Source: Deltaproteobacteria bacterium (GTDB taxonomy: Bacteria > Myxococcota > Kuafuiibacteriia > Kuafuiibacteriales > Kuafuiibacteriaceae). Taken from it: a stretch of DNA of 64,000 nucleotides. Positions within the stretch are counted from its first letter, which is position 1. Every line of letters starts with the position of its first letter. The notes beneath the pieces are model-generated. The model worked only from the letters and a program-made list of their open reading frames with translations. It had not been told where the DNA came from and did not search any database. Positions 38,866 to 47,608 of this stretch are shown here, piece after piece. The stretch spans positions 1 to 64,000 of the forward strand of contig WYAZ01000034.1 of NCBI GenBank assembly GCA_011526105.1, given 5' to 3'. The position numbers and the translations under genes are program-made.

Positions 38866-38941
38866 ACGCCATCGGTCTTTCTCACTTTCTGGGGATGCGG
38901 CGACTGACTGCAGGTGGGATCCTTCCCCTTCGAGATCCGGC

Positions 38942-39547
38942 GTGACGGCAGAAGTGATGTCCCAGGACGCACCGACTCCCGCCAGGCCTTCGCTGGTCGC
39001 ACGGGCCAAGGCCGGCGATCCCGCGGCTCTAGCCGAGCTGGTGCGGACGGAAAGCCCCAAAGTGGCGGGTCTGCTCGTGCGGCTTCTCGGTCCCCGGCAG
39101 GATCTCGAGGACCTGGTTCAGATCGTGTTCCTCGAGCTCTGCCGAGCGCTGCCCGGCTTTCGCGGCGACAGCAGCATCTCGACCTTCATCGGGGGAATCG
39201 CGGTTCAGGTCGCGCGACGCGCGATGCGCCCGACCGCCTGGCAACGACGCCGCGCCGAGTGGCCCAAGACGGAACCCGCCTCTTTGGAGTCCGACCCCGA
39301 GGACCAGGTGAGTCTCCGCGATCAGATTCGGCGGCTCCACGAACTGCTCGAAGAAGTACCGCCCAAGAAACGAGTCGCCTTCCTTCTTTGGGCGGTGGAT
39401 GGCCGCACCGCCGACGAGGTCGCGACCCTCACGAAGTGCAGCCTCCCCACCGCTCGCAAGCGCATCTACGACGTGCGGCGACAGCTCCGCGACCGGGCCC
39501 AGGGCGACCCGTTGCTCGCGCACTGGGTCGGTGAGGAGGTCCCATGA
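38942..39547 (+). CDS. RNA polymerase sigma-70 factor, ECF subfamily
   Basis: Region 2 (DLVQIVFLEL...) and region 4 (ADEVATLTKCSLPTARKRIYDVRRQLR). 4-nt overlap with the downstream anti-sigma gene. Confidence 0.85.
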   Translation: MTAEVMSQDAPTPARPSLVARAKAGDPAALAELVRTESPKVAGLLVRLLGPRQDLEDLVQIVFLELCRALPGFRGDSSISTFIGGIAVQVARRAMRPTAWQRRRAEWPKTEPASLESDPEDQVSLRDQIRRLHELLEEVPPKKRVAFLLWAVDGRTADEVATLTKCSLPTARKRIYDVRRQLRDRAQGDPLLAHWVGEEVP

Positions 39548-40761
39548 TCGACCCCAAAGAACAGCGGCGCGACCGCGAGTTCGCCGCCTTCGGCAACGAC
39601 GCGCTCAGCTCGTCCGCGATCGATCGGCTCGCGGAACGCATCGCCGCCGACGGCCCTCGGGTCGTCCGCCGCGCAAAGTTCGTGCGCACCGCGGTGCGTG
39701 TCGGCCCGGTGGTCGCGCTCCTCCTCTTTGCGTTGATCTGGGGAACACGCCCTGGTCCGCCGCCGGCGGCTCCGGCTTTGGCCGACAGCACCCGAGCGTG
39801 CGAGCGCTGGTCTCCGATATCGACCTCGGCGATCTCGTCCGGCCGCATCGACCTTGGGCACCTCGGCGAAGGACGAAGCTCCGAAGAAGCCAGGATCGAC
39901 CTTCGGGTGGCAGAACGCTGCCGCACCGTCCTCCACCTCGCGCAGGGCTCGGTGGCCATTCACGCGAAGGACCTCGGCGGCGGAACGCTCATCGTCGAGA
40001 CGCCGCAGGGCCGAGCTCGAGTCGTGGGAACGATCTTCTCGGTCTCGCAGCGCGGTGAGGTCTTTGCGGTCGAAGTCGTCGAGGGCACGGTCGAAGTCGA
40101 AGCTCACGAAGAGCAAATCTTGCTGCGGGCCGGAGAACGCACCGCCCTCGCCGAAGGCCGACTGAAGACGCGAGCCATGACAGAGACCGAGCGCGAGGCG
40201 CTTCTGATCGGAGTTCGAGACGGCCTAGCTCAGGCCGACGAATCGGAAGCTCTGTTCGATGGGGCGGAGCTCGACGCGCCCTCGGAGTCTCCCGAAACCG
40301 CGCGCCCCCGGGTGAGGCCCAACCGCCGCAACGCCGAACGGAAGACGAAAGTCGACGACCACGCACCCGCGGTGTCCCCCCCCCCGACCTCCGAGAGCGC
40401 GGAGCAGCTCGTCGCGCGGGCCGCCCAGCTCAAGACGAAGGCGCCTGATGCGGCACGGGCCCTGTACCTTCGGGCGGGCTCGATGTCCGGACCGACGGCA
40501 GAGGCGGCCTGGATCGCGCTCGCGCGGCTCGAGCTCTCTCGTGCACGTCCCGCATCCGCGGTCGACGCGCTCAATGATCGCCAGCGACGTTTCCCTTCGG
40601 GCGGCATGGTCCTCGAGGCCGCTGGCATCGAGCTCGAGGCTCTGCACGCCCTCGGCAAGTCGGAGGCGGTGCGGCGCCTCGCTCGCGAGATCGTCGATCG
40701 CTGGCCCGAATCTCAGCAGGCCAAGAAAGCCGAGAGCCTGCTCGACCGGAAGCCTCGATGA
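39544..40761 (+). CDS. Anti-sigma factor, FecR-domain, single-pass membrane protein
   Basis: TM VGPVVALLLFALIWG. FecR-like beta region (GGGTLIVETPQGRARVVGTIFSVSQ). C-terminal TPR-like helical region. Confidence 0.7.
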   Translation: MIDPKEQRRDREFAAFGNDALSSSAIDRLAERIAADGPRVVRRAKFVRTAVRVGPVVALLLFALIWGTRPGPPPAAPALADSTRACERWSPISTSAISSGRIDLGHLGEGRSSEEARIDLRVAERCRTVLHLAQGSVAIHAKDLGGGTLIVETPQGRARVVGTIFSVSQRGEVFAVEVVEGTVEVEAHEEQILLRAGERTALAEGRLKTRAMTETEREALLIGVRDGLAQADESEALFDGAELDAPSESPETARPRVRPNRRNAERKTKVDDHAPAVSPPPTSESAEQLVARAAQLKTKAPDAARALYLRAGSMSGPTAEAAWIALARLELSRARPASAVDALNDRQRRFPSGGMVLEAAGIELEALHALGKSEAVRRLAREIVDRWPESQQAKKAESLLDRKPR

Positions 40762-42719
40762 TCTCAGCCCGACTTTGGGGCCGAGCGTGCCTCGGCCTGC
40801 TGTTGCTCGTCGCGTGTGACCGACGCGAGATCCTGTTGTTCGACGCGAGCGGTCCCCCCGAGCTGGCCGGGATTCGACGCGTCGAAGTCCGGCCCTCGAT
40901 GGCCACCGTCGTCGCCGACGGCCGGACACGGCCCGCCGATCTCGCGTTTCAGGCGATCGGCATCTTCGAGGACGGAGAGCGCGACATCACCTCGCTCACG
41001 ACGTGGAGGCTCTCCCGCCCCGAGCTGGGCACGGTCGGCGTCGGCGTGTTCCGCGCACACGGCACGATCGGTGGGGACACCATGATCGGCGCGCGAGTGG
41101 GAGACCTCGATGCAGAGGCGTCGATCCAGGTGCAGCTCTCGGTGACGGACCTCGATCCTTCGGCGCCCGGTGACGCGATGGCCTTCTTCCCCGAGAACAT
41201 CTCGGGTGATGCCCTGCGCAGCAGCCCCACCATCATCTATCCGAGCGACAGCACCACGTTCCCCAAAAACGTCTCGAACACGCTCTTTCAGTGGCACGAC
41301 TCGGCCGGCTCGGATCTGTTTGAGGTTCGCTTCGACAGCGCGGTGGCGAGCATCCGGCACTATACCAAGGACCGAAGTTTCGCTCTCGATGACCTGGCCC
41401 GAGGGTGGCTCCCCCATACACACTCAGGTCGATCGCTCACCATGACGGTTCGAAGCGTCTCCACGACCTCCACCGGCACCGTCTATCGCTCGGACGCCAT
41501 TGAGCTTCACTATTCCGCTTCAGACGTGAGCGGCGCGATCTACTACTGGTCGACGGGTGCTCGCGGCATCATGCGCGCCTCACTCGATCGCGAGGCCGCG
41601 GTGGCCTTCTACCCTGGACCCGAGAGCGACCGCTGCGCGTCGTGCCACACCGTCTCTCGCGACGGACGGCGCCTCGCGGCGGCGTATGACGGCGAGAAGC
41701 TCCGCGTCGTTTCGATCCCCGAGAATCAACTCATCGAGCCTCCCTCCGGGGCCTCCGAGGCGGAGTTCGGCTGGGGCAGCTTCGACCCGAGCGGCGAGCG
41801 GCTCATCATCGCGCACAAGGGCCGCCTGAGCATGCTCACCGTGGGGTCCGGGGCACGCGCCGACGTCCCGCTCCCTTCGGGCTTTTATGGGACCCATCCC
41901 GACTGGTCGCCCGATGGTCGGCAGATCGCGCTCGCGGTGGCGGACAAGTCGACGAACAACAAAGACACTAAAGGGACGAGCCTCGCGCGCTTGCTCGTGC
42001 AGCCCGATGGGTCCATCTCCGGCCTCGAGGTGCTCGAGCCCAGCCTGGCCGATGACGACACCCTCGTCTTTCCGAGCCACTCGCCGGACGGTCGCTGGAT
42101 CGCGTTTGTTCGCGCGCGCGGCAAGTCCAAGGACAACCGTGAGGCCGAGATCTATCTCATCCGCTCGGACGGAACTGGACCCACCATCTTGCTCGAGGCG
42201 CTCAACCGAAGGGTGGGGCCTGAAAGCGGGGTGCGTTCGATCAGCAACTCGATGCCCACGTGGGGCCCGACCCTCGGCACCGGGATGGACTGGCTCGCGT
42301 TCTCGTCCACACGCGACTACGGCGCCGTGATCGTCGATACGAAGCGCGATCAGCTCTGGAGTGCGGTCATCGATCTCTCCAAAGCTGCGAGCGGCGTCGA
42401 CCCCAGCGGCCCCGCCTACTGGCTGCCATTTCAACAGACTGAGGAAGGTAATCATCGCGCGTTCTGGACATCGAACCCTAACGACGAATGCCCCTCGACC
42501 ATCGAGCTCTGCAACGGAGTCGACGACGACTGCGACGGTGTGGTCGACGAGGACTGCTGTACGTCCGTGGAGGAGATCTGCGGCGATGGCATCGACAATG
42601 ACTGCGACCTCGCCCGCGACGAAGGCTGTGGCTGCACCGACACCGAAGACTGCACCAACCGCCTCGACGACGACTGCGACGGACTCATCGACCTGGAAGA
42701 CGAGGACTGTGGGGTATGA
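40758..42719 (+). CDS. Lipoprotein with a TolB-like beta-propeller region and C-terminal MopE-like Cys-rich (putative metal-binding) repeats
   Basis: Lipobox LLLVAC. Repeats SPDGRQIA / SPDGRWIAF typical of TolB/WD40-like propellers. C-terminal CNGVDDDCDGVVDEDC, CGDGIDNDCDLARDEGC and CTNRLDDDCDGLIDLEDEDC. 4-nt overlaps place it in the sigma/anti-sigma operon. Confidence 0.7.
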   Translation: MISARLWGRACLGLLLLVACDRREILLFDASGPPELAGIRRVEVRPSMATVVADGRTRPADLAFQAIGIFEDGERDITSLTTWRLSRPELGTVGVGVFRAHGTIGGDTMIGARVGDLDAEASIQVQLSVTDLDPSAPGDAMAFFPENISGDALRSSPTIIYPSDSTTFPKNVSNTLFQWHDSAGSDLFEVRFDSAVASIRHYTKDRSFALDDLARGWLPHTHSGRSLTMTVRSVSTTSTGTVYRSDAIELHYSASDVSGAIYYWSTGARGIMRASLDREAAVAFYPGPESDRCASCHTVSRDGRRLAAAYDGEKLRVVSIPENQLIEPPSGASEAEFGWGSFDPSGERLIIAHKGRLSMLTVGSGARADVPLPSGFYGTHPDWSPDGRQIALAVADKSTNNKDTKGTSLARLLVQPDGSISGLEVLEPSLADDDTLVFPSHSPDGRWIAFVRARGKSKDNREAEIYLIRSDGTGPTILLEALNRRVGPESGVRSISNSMPTWGPTLGTGMDWLAFSSTRDYGAVIVDTKRDQLWSAVIDLSKAASGVDPSGPAYWLPFQQTEEGNHRAFWTSNPNDECPSTIELCNGVDDDCDGVVDEDCCTSVEEICGDGIDNDCDLARDEGCGCTDTEDCTNRLDDDCDGLIDLEDEDCGV

Positions 42720-42775
42720 CGCCCTGGTCTTCTCATTTTTCGTCGGTCCGGCGACTCACTGCCATGGAGTTCAAA

Positions 42776-43519
42776 ATGACCAAAAATCTGTCTCATCTCC
42801 TGCTCGTGCTCCCCATCACCGCGCTCGGCATCACCGCCTGCGGCGGAGGTGGGAGTTCTGAATACGACCCCATCGCCACCGGGCTCTCCGGCCTGATGGC
42901 CGACCCAGACGCGGGCGAGACCCAAACCTTCAAAGACCTGGTCCTCGCGTGGCGTGGCCAGACCCCGGTCGACCTCAGCCTCGACGGCGACGACATCTAC
43001 GTGGGGCGCCGCGGGGAGCTCGACTTCCGATTTGAGCTCGACTGCCTCGACACCAGCGCCAAGATCGTGCGCTGCGACGCGAAGTCGGACGCCGACGCCA
43101 AGATCAGCTGGAAGGGGAAGATCGAGAACACGCGCCACAAGCTCGAGATCGACCGCAACGCCAGGATCAAGGTGACCTCCTTGGATGAGAACCGCCTCCG
43201 CATCCAAGGCGACCTCGACTACTCCATCCAGTCGGACTTCAAGGACAAGGACGAGGACTACCGCCACAAGTACGACTTCGATGCGGACGCGAAATACGAC
43301 GTGGTGGTCATGCGCTCCGATGGCGCGATCGAGTCGGGCAAGCTCGAGGCCGATATCCAGGCCAAGGAAAAGCTCGAAGAGGACGACACCAAGATCAAGT
43401 CCGAGCTCAAGACGAAGATGGTCGTGACCTTCCTGGATGGAGAGACCTCGGAGGTCGACTTCGACAGCAAGTCGAAGTACAAGCTGCACCTCGTGAACGG
43501 GGCGCTGGAGCTCGAGTAG
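42776..43519 (+). CDS. Hypothetical lipoprotein (Asp/Lys-rich)
   Basis: MTKNLSHLLLVLPITALGITACGGGG lipobox. An alternative ATG lies at 42764. Confidence 0.55.
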   Translation: MTKNLSHLLLVLPITALGITACGGGGSSEYDPIATGLSGLMADPDAGETQTFKDLVLAWRGQTPVDLSLDGDDIYVGRRGELDFRFELDCLDTSAKIVRCDAKSDADAKISWKGKIENTRHKLEIDRNARIKVTSLDENRLRIQGDLDYSIQSDFKDKDEDYRHKYDFDADAKYDVVVMRSDGAIESGKLEADIQAKEKLEEDDTKIKSELKTKMVVTFLDGETSEVDFDSKSKYKLHLVNGALELE

Positions 43520-43553
43520 TCGAGTTCGCTTCCCACCCCGGGGCGACCCCCGT

Positions 43554-44023
43554 ATGAAGTCGATCCTCTACGATGACGCGCTGACGGCGGTGCTGCCGCA
43601 AGATCGAAGGGCGCGCGAAAGCGTAGCTCATGCCAGTTGAGGCGCCCTGATCTCTCATCGAGTACCCCTCCTCGCTCTCCGATTCGCACGTTCCGCGCAC
43701 GCGGAAGCACAGCCTCCACGACATGCTCGACATCACCATCTGTGAGAGGCTCTGTGGTGTAGAAGGAGAGCTTGTCGCCCTCGATGCAAAGACGCTCCGA
43801 CACTTCTTCGACCCCGCCTCCGGACGCGCCGCGATTCACATGGTGAGTGCGTGAGCGACCGAGAACCGCGTGGTGCTCGGGCAGGTCAGAACAGCCGACA
43901 GGTCGAATGAGATCACCGCGATTCCTCGGCTTCTCGAGCTACTGAAACTACGGTGCGGCGCCGTGACCATCGACGCGATGGGACGAGGCGTACCCGCTCC
44001 GCCTGCTCGGCATTCACGTTTGA
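43554..44023 (+). pseudogene. ISAs1-family (YhhI / H-repeat-associated, DDE_Tnp_1) transposase remnant. It is N-terminally truncated, carries frameshifts and stops, and has an internal deletion
   Basis: Translated fragments: SILYDDALTAVL, ELVALDAKTLRHFFDPASGRAAIHMVSA, (stop) [41 protein letters not shown]. These correspond to YhhI blocks DVIAIDGKTLRHSYD..RGAIHVISA and [37 protein letters not shown]. It then jumps to the family C-terminal tail RWDEAYPLRLLGIHV*. Confidence 0.7.
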
Positions 44024-44101
44024 TGCGATCGCCCTGGCGATTGCCCGGCCCCGAATCCTGTGCCATACGACACAGATAGATGACCTCAGACGGATAAACA
44101 G

Positions 44102-45157
44102 ATGTCCTCGAACATACTTGCAATACGGTTCTCGGCTCTTGGCGATGTTGCTATGACATTGCCAGTGCTGTATTCGGCTGCAAGAGCACACCCCAACCAC
44201 ATGTTCTATGTGCTCACTTCAAAGTCCTTTGCAGACCTATTTACAAACCAGCTACCCAACATGGAACCGATCGGAGTCGACCTGGAGGAGTATCGAGGAG
44301 TAAGTGGGTTGATGCGACTCGCCAGAAAGACCCGCACGAGCTACGCGATAGATGCAGTTGCTGACTTGCACGATGTCATGCGAAGTCAGGTGCTGCGCAC
44401 CTACTTCATGATAGGTGGCAAACGTGTTGCATACATCCGAAAAGAGAGATCCACGAAGAAAGCAATCATCAAACGCAAAGCCCCGTTGGCTCCCGTCAAG
44501 CACTCAATAGATAGGTACAGGGATGTGTTTTCGCAACTCGGACTAGAGGCCGAAATGAGCTTCACGTCCTATTTCGAGAGCCAGCCTCGCCCTCTGGAGC
44601 AGCTGAAAAGCCTGTCCTTCAACACGGGAAAGACGAACCTAGGTATTGCCCCCTTTGCTACGTACGCAGAGAAGGTGTACCCGATTGATAGAATGGAAGA
44701 GGCGGTGAAGGCCATCTCCGAAAGAGACAACACCCATATCTATCTATTTGGAGGGGGAAGCAAAGAGAAAGATAAACTGGAGGAGTGGGAGGCTAAGTAT
44801 TCGAATGTAACATCGGTGGTAGGCAAACTGTCGTTGAAGCATGAATTGCTTCTAATTTCTTTTCTGTCTGTTCTCGTCTCCATGGACTCGGCCAATATGC
44901 ATCTGGCATCGTTGGTCAACACACCCGTACTTTCCATTTGGGGCGCTACGCATCCATATCTAGGCTTCTATGGTTTCAAACAGTCCCCTCGTGATGCCGT
45001 GCAGTTGTCCGACCTCGATTGTCGCCCGTGTTCTGTGTTCGGCAATGTGCCCTGTTGGCGTGGCGACCATGCCTGCATGAACGGCATACCGGCACAAGCA
45101 GTTATCGACAGAATCGAAATGATGCTTCAGGAATACGACAGACCATCCTCGCGATGA
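44102..45157 (+). CDS. Glycosyltransferase family 9 (ADP-heptose:LPS heptosyltransferase-like), in a low-GC island
   Basis: N-terminal ILAIRFSALGDVAMTLPVL and C-terminal VSMDSANMHLASLVNTPVLSIWGATHP are GT9 signatures. About 48-50% GC with an A/T-rich third codon position, against about 70% in the flanks. No Shine-Dalgarno (aaacagATG). Confidence 0.85.
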   Translation: MSSNILAIRFSALGDVAMTLPVLYSAARAHPNHMFYVLTSKSFADLFTNQLPNMEPIGVDLEEYRGVSGLMRLARKTRTSYAIDAVADLHDVMRSQVLRTYFMIGGKRVAYIRKERSTKKAIIKRKAPLAPVKHSIDRYRDVFSQLGLEAEMSFTSYFESQPRPLEQLKSLSFNTGKTNLGIAPFATYAEKVYPIDRMEEAVKAISERDNTHIYLFGGGSKEKDKLEEWEAKYSNVTSVVGKLSLKHELLLISFLSVLVSMDSANMHLASLVNTPVLSIWGATHPYLGFYGFKQSPRDAVQLSDLDCRPCSVFGNVPCWRGDHACMNGIPAQAVIDRIEMMLQEYDRPSSR

Positions 45158-45276
45158 AGAGATCTCGAGGCGAACTCGATCGCGCCCCTCATCTCTGTAG
45201 ACGTCCCGTGAAGCCTTTGTGACGCCAAGATCGAATCTCTCGAGCGTAGCGACCGGTTCCTTCTCCCCCCCGCGAT

Positions 45277-45521
45277 GACGACCGTGCGGTTGACTCTGCT
45301 CGGCACCGCCAAAGAGAGCTTCGGGCTCGATCGACAGCTGAGGGGCAGTACCGACAAGCGACGATTCAAGGTCACGGGGCGAAAAGCCCCTGGACGCTAC
45401 GCCGCATCGCCCTCAACCTCTTGAAGCAGGACACGGGCGAGAAGGTCGGGGTCAAGAGCAAGCGCTCGCCGCGCGATGGGACAAGGGCTACATGCTCCAC
45501 TTGCTCGGCATCCACGTTTGA
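45277..45521 (+). pseudogene. Second ISAs1-family transposase remnant (C-terminal roughly 85 codons only, frameshifted)
   Basis: Fragments TVRLTLLGTAKESFG..LDRQLRGSTDKRRFKVTGRKAP...LRRIALNLLKQDTGEKVGVKSKRSP...ARWDKGYMLHLLGIHV*. These match the YhhI C-terminus TVRYYISSADLTAEKF...[22 protein letters not shown]...[33 protein letters not shown]. Confidence 0.6.
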
Positions 45522-45665
45522 TGCGATTGCCCTGGTTCCGGCCTCGGGGCATTCACGGGGTTCGGGGCCCCGACCCCGGGGCCCGCCACGCAGGTTTCCC
45601 TTGCGTGTCCCCCTCGAGCCGAGTCATCTGCGAACCGAGCCACCCGCCGCGGCTCGAGAAGCTCC

Positions 45666-47600
45666 ATGTCACTGCTCGCCCTCGACGACATCACTCTGCA
45701 TCTGGGTCAGCGAACGCTGTTCGAGCAGCTCACGCTCGCGGTGGAGCGCGGGGACCGGCTTGGGCTCGTGGGCCCCAACGGCAGCGGCAAGAGCACCCTG
45801 CTTCGGGTGGTCGTCAACCAGATCGCGCCCGATAGCGGAAGGATCGTCTTCTCGAAAGGCGCGCGGCTCGGATACCTGCCTCAGGAGCTCTCCGAGCTCG
45901 GAGAGGGCACCTTGCTCGAGCAAGTGATCGCCGCCGCGCCCGGCCGCATCGACGTTGAAGCGCGGCTCACCGAGATCGAAGAGGCGCTCATGGTGAGCAC
46001 CGAGGAGTCCGAGCAACTCGATCTCGCGGAAGAGCTGGCCGATCTGCATCGGCGGCTCGTGGACCTCGACCTCGACTACGCTCCGCACAAGGCGCAGACC
46101 ATCCTCGCCGGTCTCGGCTTCAAGACCACCGACTTCGACCGACCGGTGAGCGAGTTCTCGGGAGGCTGGCGCATGCGCGCTGCGCTCGCCGGGCTTCTAT
46201 TCCAGAAGCCCGATGTGCTGCTGCTCGACGAGCCAACCAACCACCTCGACATGCCCTCCGTCGCGTGGCTCAACAAGTTCCTCGCCACCTACTCGGAGGC
46301 CTTTGTCCTCATCTGTCACGACCGTGAGTTCCTCAACCGGCACGTGAACCGCATCGCCAGCTTTGAGGTCGAGGGCCTCAGAACCTACAAAGGCAACTAC
46401 GACGCCTACGTCGAGCAGCGCCGGCTCGAGCTCGAGCTCCTCGAGAACAAGGTCAAGAAGGACGACGCGAAGAAGCGCGAGCTCGAAGCCTTCGTCACCC
46501 GCTTCAAGGCCAAAGCCTCAAAGGCGCGGCAGGCCCAGAGCAAAGCGAAGCAGATCGAGCGCATGCAGGAGGACATGGTCGACATCCCCAGGCCTCGGCA
46601 GACGATCTCCATCCGTTTCCCGCCCACCGAACGCACCGGAGACAACGTCCTCCGTCTGTCGGATCTCGGCTTCTCCTACGGCAACCACCGGGTCTTCTCG
46701 GGCGCGAACCTGCTCGTACGCCGCGGAGACAAGGTCGCCATCGTGGGCGTCAACGGCGCCGGCAAGACGACGCTGCTCAAGATCATCGCCGGCGAACTCA
46801 CGAACTACGAGGGCAAGATAGAGCCCGGCAGTCGCGTGAAGATGAGCTACTTCGCGCAGCACCACGCCGAGGTGCTCGACCGGAGCAATACCGTGCTCGA
46901 GGAAGTGGGCCACGCCGCTCCCAAGAAGGGGCAGACCGAGCTCCGCGGGCTGCTCGGCGCGTTCCTCTTCTCGGGTGACGACGTCGAAAAGCCCATCGGG
47001 GTGCTCTCCGGCGGCGAGCGGGCGCGTGTCGCGCTCGCCAAGCTCCTCGTGGACCCAGGCAATCTGCTCCTCCTCGACGAACCGACCAACCACTTGGACA
47101 CCGAGTCGGCGCAGCGGCTCACGGACTCACTCGAGGGCTATGACGGTACGCTCATCTTCGTGTCGCACAGCTTGGACTTTGCGAAGCGGCTCTCCACCCG
47201 GGTGTGGGACGTGCACGACGGAAAGGTCGAGACCTATCCCGGCTCGCTTGCCGACTACATCGAGCAGTACAGCGCAGTGGATGAGGCGCCGAAGGCCTCG
47301 GTGGCCCCTAAGGCGCCGGTCAAAGCTCAGGTCCAGAGCCGGGAGCAGAACAAGAAGGAGCAGGCCGAGCAGCGAAAGCAACGGGCCGGCTTAGAGAAGG
47401 CGGTCCTGGAGCTCGAAGGCGAGATCGCCCGGCTCGAGGCTGAGCAAGGCGAGCTCGAAGCGAGACTCGCGCATCCCAGTACGCAGCAGGATCCGGAAGA
47501 GGCGCGCTCGGTCGCCCAGCGTTACGAAGCGGTCCGAAGCCAGGCCAGCATGATGCTCGAGCGGTGGGAGATGATCTCGGCAGAGCTGGCCGAGTTGTAG
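45666..47600 (+). CDS. ABC-F family ATPase (two ABC cassettes with a C-terminal coiled coil; EttA/Uup/YheS-like translation-associated factor)
   Basis: Two Walker A motifs (GPNGSGKST and GVNGAGKTT). Two LSGG signatures (FSGGWRMR and LSGGERAR). Inter-domain linker and C-terminal charged helix. No TM domain. Confidence 0.9.
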   Translation: MSLLALDDITLHLGQRTLFEQLTLAVERGDRLGLVGPNGSGKSTLLRVVVNQIAPDSGRIVFSKGARLGYLPQELSELGEGTLLEQVIAAAPGRIDVEARLTEIEEALMVSTEESEQLDLAEELADLHRRLVDLDLDYAPHKAQTILAGLGFKTTDFDRPVSEFSGGWRMRAALAGLLFQKPDVLLLDEPTNHLDMPSVAWLNKFLATYSEAFVLICHDREFLNRHVNRIASFEVEGLRTYKGNYDAYVEQRRLELELLENKVKKDDAKKRELEAFVTRFKAKASKARQAQSKAKQIERMQEDMVDIPRPRQTISIRFPPTERTGDNVLRLSDLGFSYGNHRVFSGANLLVRRGDKVAIVGVNGAGKTTLLKIIAGELTNYEGKIEPGSRVKMSYFAQHHAEVLDRSNTVLEEVGHAAPKKGQTELRGLLGAFLFSGDDVEKPIGVLSGGERARVALAKLLVDPGNLLLLDEPTNHLDTESAQRLTDSLEGYDGTLIFVSHSLDFAKRLSTRVWDVHDGKVETYPGSLADYIEQYSAVDEAPKASVAPKAPVKAQVQSREQNKKEQAEQRKQRAGLEKAVLELEGEIARLEAEQGELEARLAHPSTQQDPEEARSVAQRYEAVRSQASMMLERWEMISAELAEL

Positions 47601-47608
47601 CTTGATCC

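Noticed and set aside
38866-38941. ECF-sigma-type autoregulated promoter upstream of the sigma gene
   Set aside because: No convincing GGAAC-N16-CGTC-like pair could be picked out by eye. Left uncalled
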